Translations under genes and position numbers: made by a program
In this document: in pieces, positions 1 to 8,918 of the stretch
How positions within the stretch are numbered: position 1 is the first letter of the stretch
Layout of the letters: every line of letters begins with the position of its first letter
IMG/VR virus record: IMGVR_UViG_3300013108_000466
Coordinates: 1-56,833 of that record
Direction: 5' to 3' (one strand)
DNA length: 56,833 bases
Source of the DNA: a virus
Lineage: Duplodnaviria > Caudoviricetes
Notes under the pieces: model-generated
Databases searched by the model: none
The model's input: the letters and a program-made list of their open reading frames with translations, nothing else
Told to the model about the DNA's origin: nothing

Positions 1-1162
1 ATTCGATAAAGGGTATCCGGATATGGATAATCCTAATGATGTAGCTTTACTAGAATCTTATATTAGTGAATTAACTGAAGAAAAATTCAGTTTAAAAGAA
101 GCATCTGTTACATCAAATACTAAAAAAGCAATTGAAAAAATATTAGACTCAGAAGAAGGTAAAAAAGCAGGTTTAGCTAAAATGGCTAATTCTGTTAGAA
201 TAGGTAATAAACAAAAAATATCAAGTGAAGAATTTATTGATATTATTAAAAAAGTTCATGTTGTAGATGATATTGAAGTAGTAGGTCCTAGAATTGGTGA
301 TAATAAAAGTGGTAAATTTAATTTATATAAATTTAAAACAGAAGATGGTGATGTAGCTATGTATTTAGCAGGTGGAGGAAATGAGGGAGAAAAATATGAA
401 CAAGATTTTGTAGGTCAAGCAAAATCACTTGCAGGGGAACCTAATGATGCATTACCAATAAGATTACAAACTTTATATAACAGTTTAGGAATAGACAATT
501 CAGAATTATCTGCAGATGATATTTCATTTGCTGGTGCTACTGATACAAAACGTAGTTTAAATTTTGAAGGCCCTAAAGACATAGGAAAAACAATATCAGA
601 TTTAACTATTAACTATAAAGGAAAAGATTACTATATATCATTAAAAAATAAAGCAGGATCAGGAATTTATAGTGGAAAGAATATACCATTCTTTGTTTAT
701 GAAGATGGAAAAGTAGTTTATGATTCTAGTAAAGATAGTGTTGCTCCTGCTATTGATGTTTTATTTAATATATTTAATATTGATAGAGAAAGAACAGCAC
801 AAGGTATAGATAATTATATTAACCAAACAGGAGATGTAGATGATTGGTCTGAAGTTAATATTAATGATGATAAATTTGAAGCATTTTTAGCATCATCTGT
901 TGGATATGGTTATTATTATGTAAAAGAAATTAAAGGAGATGATGTAAAAGTTGTCCCTATACTTACAGCTCAAGATGCTTTAGATGCTGTAGGACAAATA
1001 ACAAAGGCAGAAATAAAATACCCAGGTAAAAACACTAAAAATGTTAGTGTTAAACTACAAGCTGATAGTCCACTATTTGGACCTTCCCAGTATGATGTTG
1101 TAGGTAGAAACACTCAAGGTAAAATTTTACCAATGTCTTTAAGAATAACAAAATCTAAGTAA
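1..1162 (+). CDS. Putative PD-(D/E)xK restriction-endonuclease-like protein, 5'-truncated by the window edge
   Basis: The frame is open from base 2 (FDKGYPD precedes the listed Met at 23), so the true start is probably upstream. The motif TISDLTINYKGKDYYISLK resembles a PD-(D/E)xK core. The N-terminal part has LLE/ISE/LTE/LKE motifs. Confidence 0.55.
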   Translation, partial: FDKGYPDMDNPNDVALLESYISELTEEKFSLKEASVTSNTKKAIEKILDSEEGKKAGLAKMANSVRIGNKQKISSEEFIDIIKKVHVVDDIEVVGPRIGDNKSGKFNLYKFKTEDGDVAMYLAGGGNEGEKYEQDFVGQAKSLAGEPNDALPIRLQTLYNSLGIDNSELSADDISFAGATDTKRSLNFEGPKDIGKTISDLTINYKGKDYYISLKNKAGSGIYSGKNIPFFVYEDGKVVYDSSKDSVAPAIDVLFNIFNIDRERTAQGIDNYINQTGDVDDWSEVNINDDKFEAFLASSVGYGYYYVKEIKGDDVKVVPILTAQDALDAVGQITKAEIKYPGKNTKNVSVKLQADSPLFGPSQYDVVGRNTQGKILPMSLRITKSK

Positions 1163-1170
1163 TATTTATA
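1162..1170 (+). promoter_or_regulatory. Putative late promoter ATATTTATA (first of about 18 copies)
   Basis: ATATTTATA(A) or the variant ATA(T/C)GTATA recurs directly upstream of structural genes at 1162, 3374, 3887, 8133, 10789, 12709, 14745, 16932, 20087, 23104, 23406, 25476, 26055, 27122, 29505, 37613 and 47188. ATATTTATC occurs at 45209 and 47775. Confidence 0.8.
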
Positions 1171-1182
1171 ATAAAATAAGAT

Positions 1183-2664
1183 ATGTGTCAATGTGGATGT
1201 AATAAATGTGAAACAGTAAGGGGACCACTCTTAACTGAAGGTAAAGTTAAAAAACTTATATCTGAAAATTTATCTTACCATATTGATAATAACATATCAT
1301 TAATGGAAAACGTTTTCAGAATTGGTTCTGATGCTCATTTATCTATGATTAAAGAAGCTAGAAAATTATATTCTAGAGGTGTTCTTGATTTATGTGAAGA
1401 AGATGAAGCATTAATGGAAACAAATTTAGGTGAGTTTGATTTATATGAAAATGAAATCGTTCCATTAGATCTACCAATGATTCAATTAAACGAAGCAATG
1501 GATGGTGGTCGATTATTTGATTACTTTAACAAAGAATATATAGTAGATGATCACTTCCATAGTGATGATAGTTACATTGTTAAAAGAGAACCATCTGGAA
1601 AAGATCAATATGTAATATTTGATTACGATAAAGATAAAGATCAATTCCAAATTAGACAATTAGGTGGTTATCAAATTGATCAAAAAGAAGCTATAAAAGC
1701 TGGAATGAAAGAAACAAGCAGATTAGCTAGAGCAGGAATGGATGCTTATATGGTAGATGGTAATTATTCACCAACTCCTATTTCAATTGAAGGTTTAAAA
1801 GATATAGTTGATCACGTAATGGGTGGCTTAAGTAGAGAAGCAGCTGCTCAACAATCTTTTTATGCTAGAAGAGGCCCAACATCAGGAATTGGTAGTTTAG
1901 ACGAAGTATCAGATCAAAACTTTGTTAAAGGTATAGAGGTTATTAAACAAACATTATCTAAAGAAGGTGGTGCAGCTGGTTTAGAACCATTAGTTAAAGA
2001 ATTAGTTAAACTAGGATTTAATAAATACCAAGTTAAAGATCTTCTTAAAAAAATGACTACTGTTAAACAACATAGAGATGGTGATTATATTTTATTACCA
2101 TTAGAAGAAATGATTGATTATGATGAAGCTTTAACCTTAAGAGGTATGAAAGGTGAAATTGAAGATGAAATTGCTCAATTATACAGAGATATGGAGCAAG
2201 AAGCTGAACCAGAAGGAGGAGAGATAGCTGATTATTATGGTAACCAATTAAATAAATTAGAAGATCGTTTATATAAAATCAATAAACAACTTCGTGATTA
2301 TGACGAGGGTATTGATGAAGGTGAAGATAGAATTAGAGAAGCAGTAATAAGTGTACTTACTGAAGCTAAAAAGAAAAAGAAAAAAGAAAAAAAGGATCCA
2401 CCACTAGGTAAACCTAAAAGAGGTGGTTCTAAAGCATATTATGTTTATGTAAGAGATCCTAAAACTAAAAGAATTAAAAAAGTATCATTTGGCTCAGGTG
2501 GATTAAGAGCAAAAATTAGAAATTCTAAAGCAAGAAATGCATTTGCTAAAAGACATAGATGTAAAGAAAAAAATGATAGAACAAAACCATCTTACTGGTC
2601 TTGTAGACTACCAAGATATGCTAGTCAATTAGGATTAGGTGCTAACATGAATACTTTTTGGTAA
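1183..2664 (+). CDS. Modular acidic protein with a basic C-terminal domain (VSFG...FAKRHRC...YWSC); putative head-internal protein
   Basis: 493-aa ORF after a late promoter with many [ILV]xE sites. The C-terminal domain resembles a family common in T4-like marine phages (DUF6321-like, from memory). Confidence 0.55.
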   Translation: MCQCGCNKCETVRGPLLTEGKVKKLISENLSYHIDNNISLMENVFRIGSDAHLSMIKEARKLYSRGVLDLCEEDEALMETNLGEFDLYENEIVPLDLPMIQLNEAMDGGRLFDYFNKEYIVDDHFHSDDSYIVKREPSGKDQYVIFDYDKDKDQFQIRQLGGYQIDQKEAIKAGMKETSRLARAGMDAYMVDGNYSPTPISIEGLKDIVDHVMGGLSREAAAQQSFYARRGPTSGIGSLDEVSDQNFVKGIEVIKQTLSKEGGAAGLEPLVKELVKLGFNKYQVKDLLKKMTTVKQHRDGDYILLPLEEMIDYDEALTLRGMKGEIEDEIAQLYRDMEQEAEPEGGEIADYYGNQLNKLEDRLYKINKQLRDYDEGIDEGEDRIREAVISVLTEAKKKKKKEKKDPPLGKPKRGGSKAYYVYVRDPKTKRIKKVSFGSGGLRAKIRNSKARNAFAKRHRCKEKNDRTKPSYWSCRLPRYASQLGLGANMNTFW

Positions 2665-3200
2665 TGGATAATTTTGATTTAAGAAAATATTTAGCTGAGG
2701 GCCATTTATATGAAAATGAAATGGGTTCATTAGGTAAGGAATTAGCTGATGAAATAGAAGATATCCTAAGTAAAGAAGATAAGGTAAATGAGGCAATTGA
2801 TCCTGTATCTATATTAGCAACTGTATTAGCAGGTACTACTTTAACTAATATATTATCTAAATGGGTAGGAAAAATATTTAAAAAATATGATTTTGGTAAA
2901 GGAGAAGAAGCTGCTAAAAAAATAGAAAGTTTTACTCATAGATTAGAAAAAGATTTTAAAAGTCCTATTAAAAGAGTAATGGGGTTATTTATTAAAAATG
3001 AAAAAGCCCTAGAAGTAACAACTGACGCTTTATATGCTGCAGTGATACTAACTTTAGGAGTTTTAGCAGGAGGTGGAGCAATACAAGCTTTATTAAAAGG
3101 TGATCTTAATAAGGGAGCTTTACAAACATTAAAGGCAGCTTTAAAAGGTAAAGACTTAAACACATTAATAAGAGATATAGCAACAAATATCCCAGGATAA
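2664..3200 (+). CDS. Hypothetical protein with an [14 protein letters not shown]-terminal tag and two hydrophobic helices
   Basis: The ATG at 2664 overlaps the previous stop (TAATG). The N-terminus is shared with the ORF at 3441. Confidence 0.7.
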   Translation: MDNFDLRKYLAEGHLYENEMGSLGKELADEIEDILSKEDKVNEAIDPVSILATVLAGTTLTNILSKWVGKIFKKYDFGKGEEAAKKIESFTHRLEKDFKSPIKRVMGLFIKNEKALEVTTDALYAAVILTLGVLAGGGAIQALLKGDLNKGALQTLKAALKGKDLNTLIRDIATNIPG

Positions 3201-3448
3201 TGAAGCCGTATAATGACGATGATAATATAAGAACATTCTCTAAAGATGTTGATCCAATGGAATTGGTTTGGCATCAAGATGATGAAGACAGAAAAATAGA
3301 AATCCTTGAAGGTGAAGGATGGTGTATTCAAAGAGATAATATGCTACCAAGAGCGATGAAGAAAGGAGAGACAATATTTATAACCAAAGGTGAAATTCAC
3401 CGAATATTAAAAGGTACAACCGATTTAAAAATTAAAATAAATGGATAA
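3200..3448 (+). CDS. Small cupin-fold protein
   Basis: WHQDDEDRKIEILEGEGW ... IFITKGEIHRILKG matches the two-motif cupin pattern. Confidence 0.6.
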   Translation: MKPYNDDDNIRTFSKDVDPMELVWHQDDEDRKIEILEGEGWCIQRDNMLPRAMKKGETIFITKGEIHRILKGTTDLKIKING

Positions 3449-3761
3449 CTTTGATTTAAGAAAATATTTAGCTGAAGGTAAGCTATTTAAAGAAGGAATA
3501 GACCCAGATTCAGAAATTGCTGATTATGTAGAGGCAATGTTTAACGATTCTGTAGTAGAAAAAGAAGGATTTCAATCTGATATTTGGACAAAAGCAGAAT
3601 ATGCTGCTACTTCAAGAGGTGAAGGATCTGTATTTATGGATTTAGCTAACCACTTAAATTCAGTAGGTGGTAAGGATGTATTAGAAGGTAATCCTGATAT
3701 TAAATTAGAATTACTCCCCAATGGAGACATTAAATGGAGTGCTAACGTAACATTTGATTAA
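3441..3761 (+). CDS. Hypothetical protein with an [14 protein letters not shown]-terminal tag
   Basis: 106-aa ORF. Its first 35 nt are 34/35 identical to 2664-2698. Confidence 0.7.
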   Translation: MDNFDLRKYLAEGKLFKEGIDPDSEIADYVEAMFNDSVVEKEGFQSDIWTKAEYAATSRGEGSVFMDLANHLNSVGGKDVLEGNPDIKLELLPNGDIKWSANVTFD

Positions 3762-3775
3762 AATAAAAAAATAAA

Positions 3776-3862
3776 TTGAAAGAAAAAATTTGTATAGCAA
3801 TTTGTAAAATTACATTCAACAAAGTATGTCTAGGTTGGTGTAATGAAAGATGTTGTAAATAA
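3776..3862 (+). CDS. Cys-rich 28-aa micro-protein (MKEKICIAICKITFNKVCLGWCNERCCK)
   Basis: TTG start after an A-rich leader, six Cys, and it fills the gap before the next late promoter. Not in the ORF track. Confidence 0.45.
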   Translation: MKEKICIAICKITFNKVCLGWCNERCCK

Positions 3863-3962
3863 ACGGCACCTTTTAAGTTTTTACATATATGTATAATCAA
3901 CAAAAATGTTATAGTTGGTGAAATACCAGCTTTTTAATAATTAAAAAAAGACAGCAAACATT

Positions 3963-4418
3963 ATGGCAATTAAATCAGCAAATTCTTGGTTAGACTTTCT
4001 AGTAAAAAGACCAGGACATGAATATTGGAATTCAAGAACTCTTGATTCAAAAGATTTCCTTTACAGCTACGTAGCTAAATATTTACCTAAACAACGAATG
4101 GCCCCAGTAACTATCACAGACGCAGATGGTGTAATTGGTGCTGCACTTTGGTTAGCTGAATATGGAACTTGTGCAAACACAAACACAAACACTTTAACAA
4201 CTGATACAGCAGCAAACCTAATTTCAAACTTAGGATTTACTGAAGATAATGATTCATTTGATACTGTTATTAATAACGGAAGTGGATCTAATGTATTAAC
4301 TTTAGCAGCAGGATCAGGTGTAACGGCATATGGTAATTTAGTAATTCCAGTTAGCAGAAGTGTAAGAGTAAGATTAAGAAGAGCTAGTGCAACTACTGTT
4401 CATATGTTTATATTGTAA
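3963..4418 (+). CDS. Putative virion structural/decoration protein, paralog 1
   Basis: Ala/Thr/Gly-rich and beta-strand-like. Shares the T.TAA.LI...F...I.N...TL..G.G.T..G motif with the next two ORFs. Late promoter at 3887. Confidence 0.6.
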   Translation: MAIKSANSWLDFLVKRPGHEYWNSRTLDSKDFLYSYVAKYLPKQRMAPVTITDADGVIGAALWLAEYGTCANTNTNTLTTDTAANLISNLGFTEDNDSFDTVINNGSGSNVLTLAAGSGVTAYGNLVIPVSRSVRVRLRRASATTVHMFIL

Positions 4419-4439
4419 AACTAAAAAAATTTAAAAATT

Positions 4440-4946
4440 ATGGCATACGCAAACGTATTAGGAACAAATGAAATGTTAGAACAGCAAGTAATTAGAGCTA
4501 GTCACTATTACTGGGATAACAGAGTAATGCAAGCAGATAGATTTATCTGGTCTTGGGTTAATAGAAAAGAACCATCTACATTTGGTGGTAATCAAGAAGG
4601 ATTAGCTGCTGGAGCAACTGCAATTACAGTTGCAAATTTATTTGACAGTACTGAATCTTTAAACTCTCAATATCATGCACACTTAGGTCAAACACCTACA
4701 GGACCAATTAGTGTAGCAATGCCTACAGCAGCACAATTAATCGCTGGATTAGGAATGATTGTTGGTGATTATTTTGAATTTTCATATACCAACTTATCAG
4801 GTAATGTAATTACAGTAACTGGAAACGCAGGTGGTCTTACAGAAGTAGGATTAATGACAATTGCTGCAAACACAACAGCAAGATTTAGAGTTTACATATC
4901 TGCAGTAGGTTCAGGTGTAGAAGCTGGATCATTAATAAGAATATAA
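4440..4946 (+). CDS. Putative virion structural/decoration protein, paralog 2
   Basis: Contains PTAAQLI...FEFSYTN...ITVTG...GLTEVG...IAANTTARF. Confidence 0.6.
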   Translation: MAYANVLGTNEMLEQQVIRASHYYWDNRVMQADRFIWSWVNRKEPSTFGGNQEGLAAGATAITVANLFDSTESLNSQYHAHLGQTPTGPISVAMPTAAQLIAGLGMIVGDYFEFSYTNLSGNVITVTGNAGGLTEVGLMTIAANTTARFRVYISAVGSGVEAGSLIRI

Positions 4947-4973
4947 TTTAATTTAAAATAAAAAAATAAAGCC

Positions 4974-5483
4974 ATGGCGGGAACAAGAGGAACAACATTA
5001 ACACCAAACGAATTATACTACGGTATTGAAAAAACATTCAGTGGTGGAGAAAGATATATTTGGAATAGCCAAGTATTAAAAGCAAACGATATAGTGTATA
5101 GTTTTCAAAACGTAGATACACCTATCAACTATCAACCAGCTCACGAAGCAGCTGCAGATGATGCTTTAACAGTTACACCAACAATAATTAAAAAACAAAT
5201 TATTGTGTGTACACCATCAGCAGCTAGAAATTTCACAACTTCTACAGCAGCAGTAATTATTGACGGATTATTTGGTGGATCTAGCGGAACAGCAAGTCAC
5301 CAAGTATATGAAATGTATAAATTACATATAATTAATGCAGCAGCTGCAACTCATGCAATCACATTAGTAGGTGGTTCAGGAGTAACAGTAGTAGGTAATG
5401 CAGTAGTAGCAGCTAATTCAGCAGCATCATTTGATATTTCATTAGCATCAGCAACAACTATTTCAGCATTAAGAGCTAGCTAA
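4974..5483 (+). CDS. Putative virion structural/decoration protein, paralog 3
   Basis: Contains TSTAAVII...IIN...ITLVGGSGVTVVG...VAANSAASF. Confidence 0.6.
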   Translation: MAGTRGTTLTPNELYYGIEKTFSGGERYIWNSQVLKANDIVYSFQNVDTPINYQPAHEAAADDALTVTPTIIKKQIIVCTPSAARNFTTSTAAVIIDGLFGGSSGTASHQVYEMYKLHIINAAAATHAITLVGGSGVTVVGNAVVAANSAASFDISLASATTISALRAS

Positions 5484-5543
5484 AAATAAATTTTACAGTC
5501 TGATTCATAGCCAGACGATTATTATAAATTAAATTAAGAGATC

Positions 5544-5576
5544 TGTGGCCTCCATTTGGAGGTCACATTTTTTTTT
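5544..5576 (+). terminator. Intrinsic terminator overlapping an early/middle promoter
   Basis: TGTGGCCTCC-ATTT-GGAGGTCACA hairpin followed by a T9 run. Confidence 0.8.
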
Positions 5577-5584
5577 CGTATATT
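5556..5584 (+). promoter_or_regulatory. Putative early/middle promoter KTGG-N17-CGTATATT (first of 9 copies)
   Basis: Copies with an exact 17-nt spacer start at 5556, 6885, 36286, 38054, 48809, 49942, 50515, 54859 and 56443, all upstream of non-structural genes. Confidence 0.85.
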
Positions 5585-5606
5585 GAAACATAAATTAAAT
5601 TCTAGA

Positions 5607-6896
5607 ATGGGCAAAAACGTAGTAATTATTGGAGCAGGAGTAGCAGGTGTAAACGCAGCTACAAAATTAGTTGATAATGACTTTGATGGTCAAATCACTA
5701 TTATTGATATGGGTAAAGATCCATACAAAAGACCTTATGAAGAGGTAATGACTGGATATCTAGGAGCAGGAGGTTGGTCTGATGGTAAATTAACTTATTC
5801 TACTCAAATTGGTGGACAATTATCTAAATATGTAGGTGATGAAAAGGCAATGGAGTTAATGAAGCAAGTAGTAGATAATTTTGAAAGATTTCACCCACAC
5901 CCAGAGCAAATAGTATTATCATCTCCAGATAAAGAACCAGATTTTATTAAACCATACTTTGGTTTAAGATTATTCCCAGTATGGCACATTGGTACTGATT
6001 ATTTACATGAAATTGGTAAAAGTTGGTATGACTATTTAGTATCTAAAGGTGTTCAATTTTATTGGGAAACTAAGGTTACAGATATTGATTTTGAGGGTCA
6101 AGTTGTATTTTTAGATGAAGAAGGAGATTCATATGAAGTATATGATACACTTATTTTTGGTGTAGGTAAATCAGGTATTGATTTTACTTCTGAAATAATG
6201 CAAAAATACGATTTGCCAACAGAAGAAAAACCAGCTCAAGTAGGTGTTAGATTTGAAGCACCACAAAAGCACTTTCAAAAATTAATTGATATTGCTTATG
6301 ATTTTAAGCTATATAGAAAAATGGATAATGTTAGTTTAAGATCATTTTGTACAAATAATAATGCTGCATATGTAGCAGTAGAAGAAACATATGGAGATCA
6401 TTCCTATAATGGGCACGCCAAAAAAGATGAAAGTTATAGGAATGATATGACGAATTTTGGTATTTTGATGGAAGTTAGAGGTATAGAAAAGCCATTTAAA
6501 TGGGCTAGAGAATTAGTAGGTAAAGTACAAGAAAATAGTACAGGTTTATTTTATAGTCCTACTAGAGAACCTTCAACAACATCAGAAGGAATAGATGTAT
6601 CAGCTACTAAAATAGATAATTTAGATGTAGTTAGAGATGCATTCCAAGGATATTTTAAATATATTGATGATTTTATCAATGATATGAAATTAGTATTTCC
6701 TACGTTGAAAGACGATTGGGGAATCTATGTACCTGAGGTAAAATATCTAGCTCCTGAACCGCTGGTTAATTATAATGACCTTTCATTAACCAAATACCCA
6801 AATGTTCACTTTGTAGGAGATGCCCTTTCTGCAAGAGGTATTTCGGTATCGGGAGCTCATGGTACATTAGTAGCTGAAAGCATTTTGGAAAATTAA
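5607..6896 (+). CDS. FAD-dependent oxidoreductase (uncharacterised dehydrogenase family)
   Basis: N-terminal VVIIGAGVAG Rossmann motif, GAGGWSDGKL, and C-terminal FVGDA. The ATG at 5607 is preferred because the listed start at 5556 lies inside the promoter/terminator. Confidence 0.85.
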   Translation: MGKNVVIIGAGVAGVNAATKLVDNDFDGQITIIDMGKDPYKRPYEEVMTGYLGAGGWSDGKLTYSTQIGGQLSKYVGDEKAMELMKQVVDNFERFHPHPEQIVLSSPDKEPDFIKPYFGLRLFPVWHIGTDYLHEIGKSWYDYLVSKGVQFYWETKVTDIDFEGQVVFLDEEGDSYEVYDTLIFGVGKSGIDFTSEIMQKYDLPTEEKPAQVGVRFEAPQKHFQKLIDIAYDFKLYRKMDNVSLRSFCTNNNAAYVAVEETYGDHSYNGHAKKDESYRNDMTNFGILMEVRGIEKPFKWARELVGKVQENSTGLFYSPTREPSTTSEGIDVSATKIDNLDVVRDAFQGYFKYIDDFINDMKLVFPTLKDDWGIYVPEVKYLAPEPLVNYNDLSLTKYPNVHFVGDALSARGISVSGAHGTLVAESILEN

Positions 6897-6913
6897 TAAA
6901 AATTACGTATATT

Positions 6914-7177
6914 ATGGATATGGAAAATAAATTTAAAGAATGGCCTAGGAGCCAAAGATTAAAAAAAGCTGATGGTACAATAGCTTATATTTGGGATAAT
7001 AAATTACACAATTGGGAGGGACCAGCTCTAATACCAGAGGGTAATGAAAAGAAAGCAGAATATTATCTCTATGGTATTCAATATAGTAAAGAAGAACATA
7101 AAGAAGCAATTCGAAATCAAACTGGATTACCTTGGTATAAACAACCAGCACCTAAAGGACAAAATCATAGAAATTAA
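6914..7177 (+). CDS. Hypothetical phage protein with an LHNWEGPA (HxxDGPA-type) repeat unit
   Basis: 87-aa ORF directly after the promoter at 6885. Confidence 0.6.
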   Translation: MDMENKFKEWPRSQRLKKADGTIAYIWDNKLHNWEGPALIPEGNEKKAEYYLYGIQYSKEEHKEAIRNQTGLPWYKQPAPKGQNHRN

Positions 7178-7599
7178 TGAAGAAAAAAGCAGTTATAGTA
7201 AGTGGTTATTTTAATCCTTTACATAAAGGACATATAGAATACTTTCATAATGCTAAATCATTAGGAGGAGAACTTTGGGTTTTAGTTAATAATGATAAAC
7301 AAAGGGAATTAAAAGGTTCTAAAGAATTCCAAAATGAAGACGAAAGATGTTTAATAATTACTGAACTAACAGTAGTAGATAGATGTATATTGTCTTTAGA
7401 TGAAGATAGGACAGTTGTGGAATCATTAAAATCAATACACTATCAATTTAATGATGAATATGATTTATTCTTTGCTAATGGAGGAGATCAAAATAATGAA
7501 AGTATCCCAGAAAGCGTGATTTGTAATGAATTAGGCATTACATTGATAGATGGATTAGGTGATAAAATACAATCAAGTAGTTGGTTATTAAATAAATAA
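7177..7599 (+). CDS. Cytidylyl/adenylyltransferase (TagD/RfaE-like HxGH nucleotidyltransferase)
   Basis: SGYFNPLHKGH motif, FANGGD, and C-terminal QSSS. Confidence 0.85.
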   Translation: MKKKAVIVSGYFNPLHKGHIEYFHNAKSLGGELWVLVNNDKQRELKGSKEFQNEDERCLIITELTVVDRCILSLDEDRTVVESLKSIHYQFNDEYDLFFANGGDQNNESIPESVICNELGITLIDGLGDKIQSSSWLLNK

Positions 7600-7600
7600 T

Positions 7601-8131
7601 ATGAAAATAGGTTTATGTGGTACAATGAGTGTAGGTAAAACTACATTAGTTAATGCTTTAAAAGAAACAAAACAATTTAAGAAATACAATTTTGCTACAG
7701 AACGTAGTAAATATTTAAACGATTTAGGTATTCCATTGAATACTGATTCTACATTAAAAGGTCAAACTGTATTTTTAGCTGAAAGATGTGCTGAATTAAT
7801 GCAAGATAATATCATAACTGACAGAACTATTATTGATGTTATGGCATTTACTCAAAATGCTAAATCTATACCTTATCAAGATAAAGATAAATTCGTTGAT
7901 TATGCTAAAGAATTCATCAGAGAATATGATTATATTTTTTATATTTCTCCTGAAGGTCTTCCTATTGAAGATAATGGTGTAAGAGAAACTGATGAACATT
8001 ATAGAGATGTTATAGATTTTACTATAACAAGTTTTATAAGAAAATATGCTTATATGATGAATAATATAGAAACTATTAAAGGTAGTACAGAGGAGCGAGT
8101 TGAGCAAATTTTAAAGTTTACTAACCTTTAA
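7601..8131 (+). CDS. P-loop nucleoside/nucleotide kinase (NadR-type AAA_28 or dNMP kinase-like)
   Basis: Walker A GTMSVGKTT, ITDRT, and EDNGVR. Confidence 0.75.
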   Translation: MKIGLCGTMSVGKTTLVNALKETKQFKKYNFATERSKYLNDLGIPLNTDSTLKGQTVFLAERCAELMQDNIITDRTIIDVMAFTQNAKSIPYQDKDKFVDYAKEFIREYDYIFYISPEGLPIEDNGVRETDEHYRDVIDFTITSFIRKYAYMMNNIETIKGSTEERVEQILKFTNL

Positions 8132-8158
8132 CATATTTATAATAAAACCTTTATTGTA

Positions 8159-8548
8159 ATGAAAAAATCTGAATTAAAAGAGTTTATTAAAGAAAACATT
8201 ATTGAAACTTTATCTGAAGCTACAATTGAAACTGATGCGGCTAATATTGCTAAAGTAAAAGCATCAGCTGATGACGATGATATTATTAGAGTTGTAGGTG
8301 AAGACGAAGATATTGACGATAAAGATGCTATCAAAGCAGCTAAAAGTGCTAGAGGTAAATTTAAAAAATTAGATTTAGCTGTTAAAGCTCTTAAAAATAT
8401 TGAAACTGAAATGAAATCATTAGCTAGAAAATATAGTGCTGCTGATGAAGCTGAAAAAGAAAAGATTAAAGATATTTTAAGAGTTAAAACTCCTCAAAAG
8501 AAAGAATTAGAATCTTTAGTTGCAAAATTAGAAAAAGATGTCGTCTAA
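8159..8548 (+). CDS. Hypothetical protein with an MKKSELKEFIKE N-terminus; putative head-internal protein
   Basis: Late promoter at 8133, IKE/LSE motifs, and a coiled-coil C-terminus. Confidence 0.6.
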   Translation: MKKSELKEFIKENIIETLSEATIETDAANIAKVKASADDDDIIRVVGEDEDIDDKDAIKAAKSARGKFKKLDLAVKALKNIETEMKSLARKYSAADEAEKEKIKDILRVKTPQKKELESLVAKLEKDVV

Positions 8549-8918
8549 AGAAAGAGTAATTACATATAGTGTAATTTTTATCCTGTTAAGTACACTAATT
8601 TATTTTGTATTTTTAGGAGATGAACAGTATGTAGAAGATTATAGCCTTAAAATTGAAAGGTTAGAAGCAAAAGTTGATTCTCTACATCATATAAATGATG
8701 ATTTAGTATTTAAAATAGATACTTTAAATCAAGAAATTGTAAAATTAGATTCAGAAATTGAATCACAAGATAAAAAGATTGTCACTTTAAAATACAAAGT
8801 AAATGAAAAAGTTAATTCCATTGATAATTTTAACGATGATGAGCTTCTCAAGTTTTTCACAGACCGATACAGAAAGATCGATTCGATTGAAAGTGCCAAT
8901 AGCGAAGCTCGTAATTAA
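8538..8918 (+). CDS. Protein with an N-terminal TM helix and coiled coil (i-spanin-like)
   Basis: Hydrophobic residues about 7-27 followed by a heptad-rich region. Overlaps the next gene by 116 nt. Confidence 0.55.
   Translation: MSSKERVITYSVIFILLSTLIYFVFLGDEQYVEDYSLKIERLEAKVDSLHHINDDLVFKIDTLNQEIVKLDSEIESQDKKIVTLKYKVNEKVNSIDNFNDDELLKFFTDRYRKIDSIESANSEARN

Noticed and set aside
5556-5606. Listed upstream starts for the ORFs at 5556, 2658, 37585, 48181, 50684, 54245 and 54460
   Set aside because: They fall within promoters, terminators, structured RNA or upstream genes. Downstream starts with A-rich leaders or stop-start overlaps fit better.
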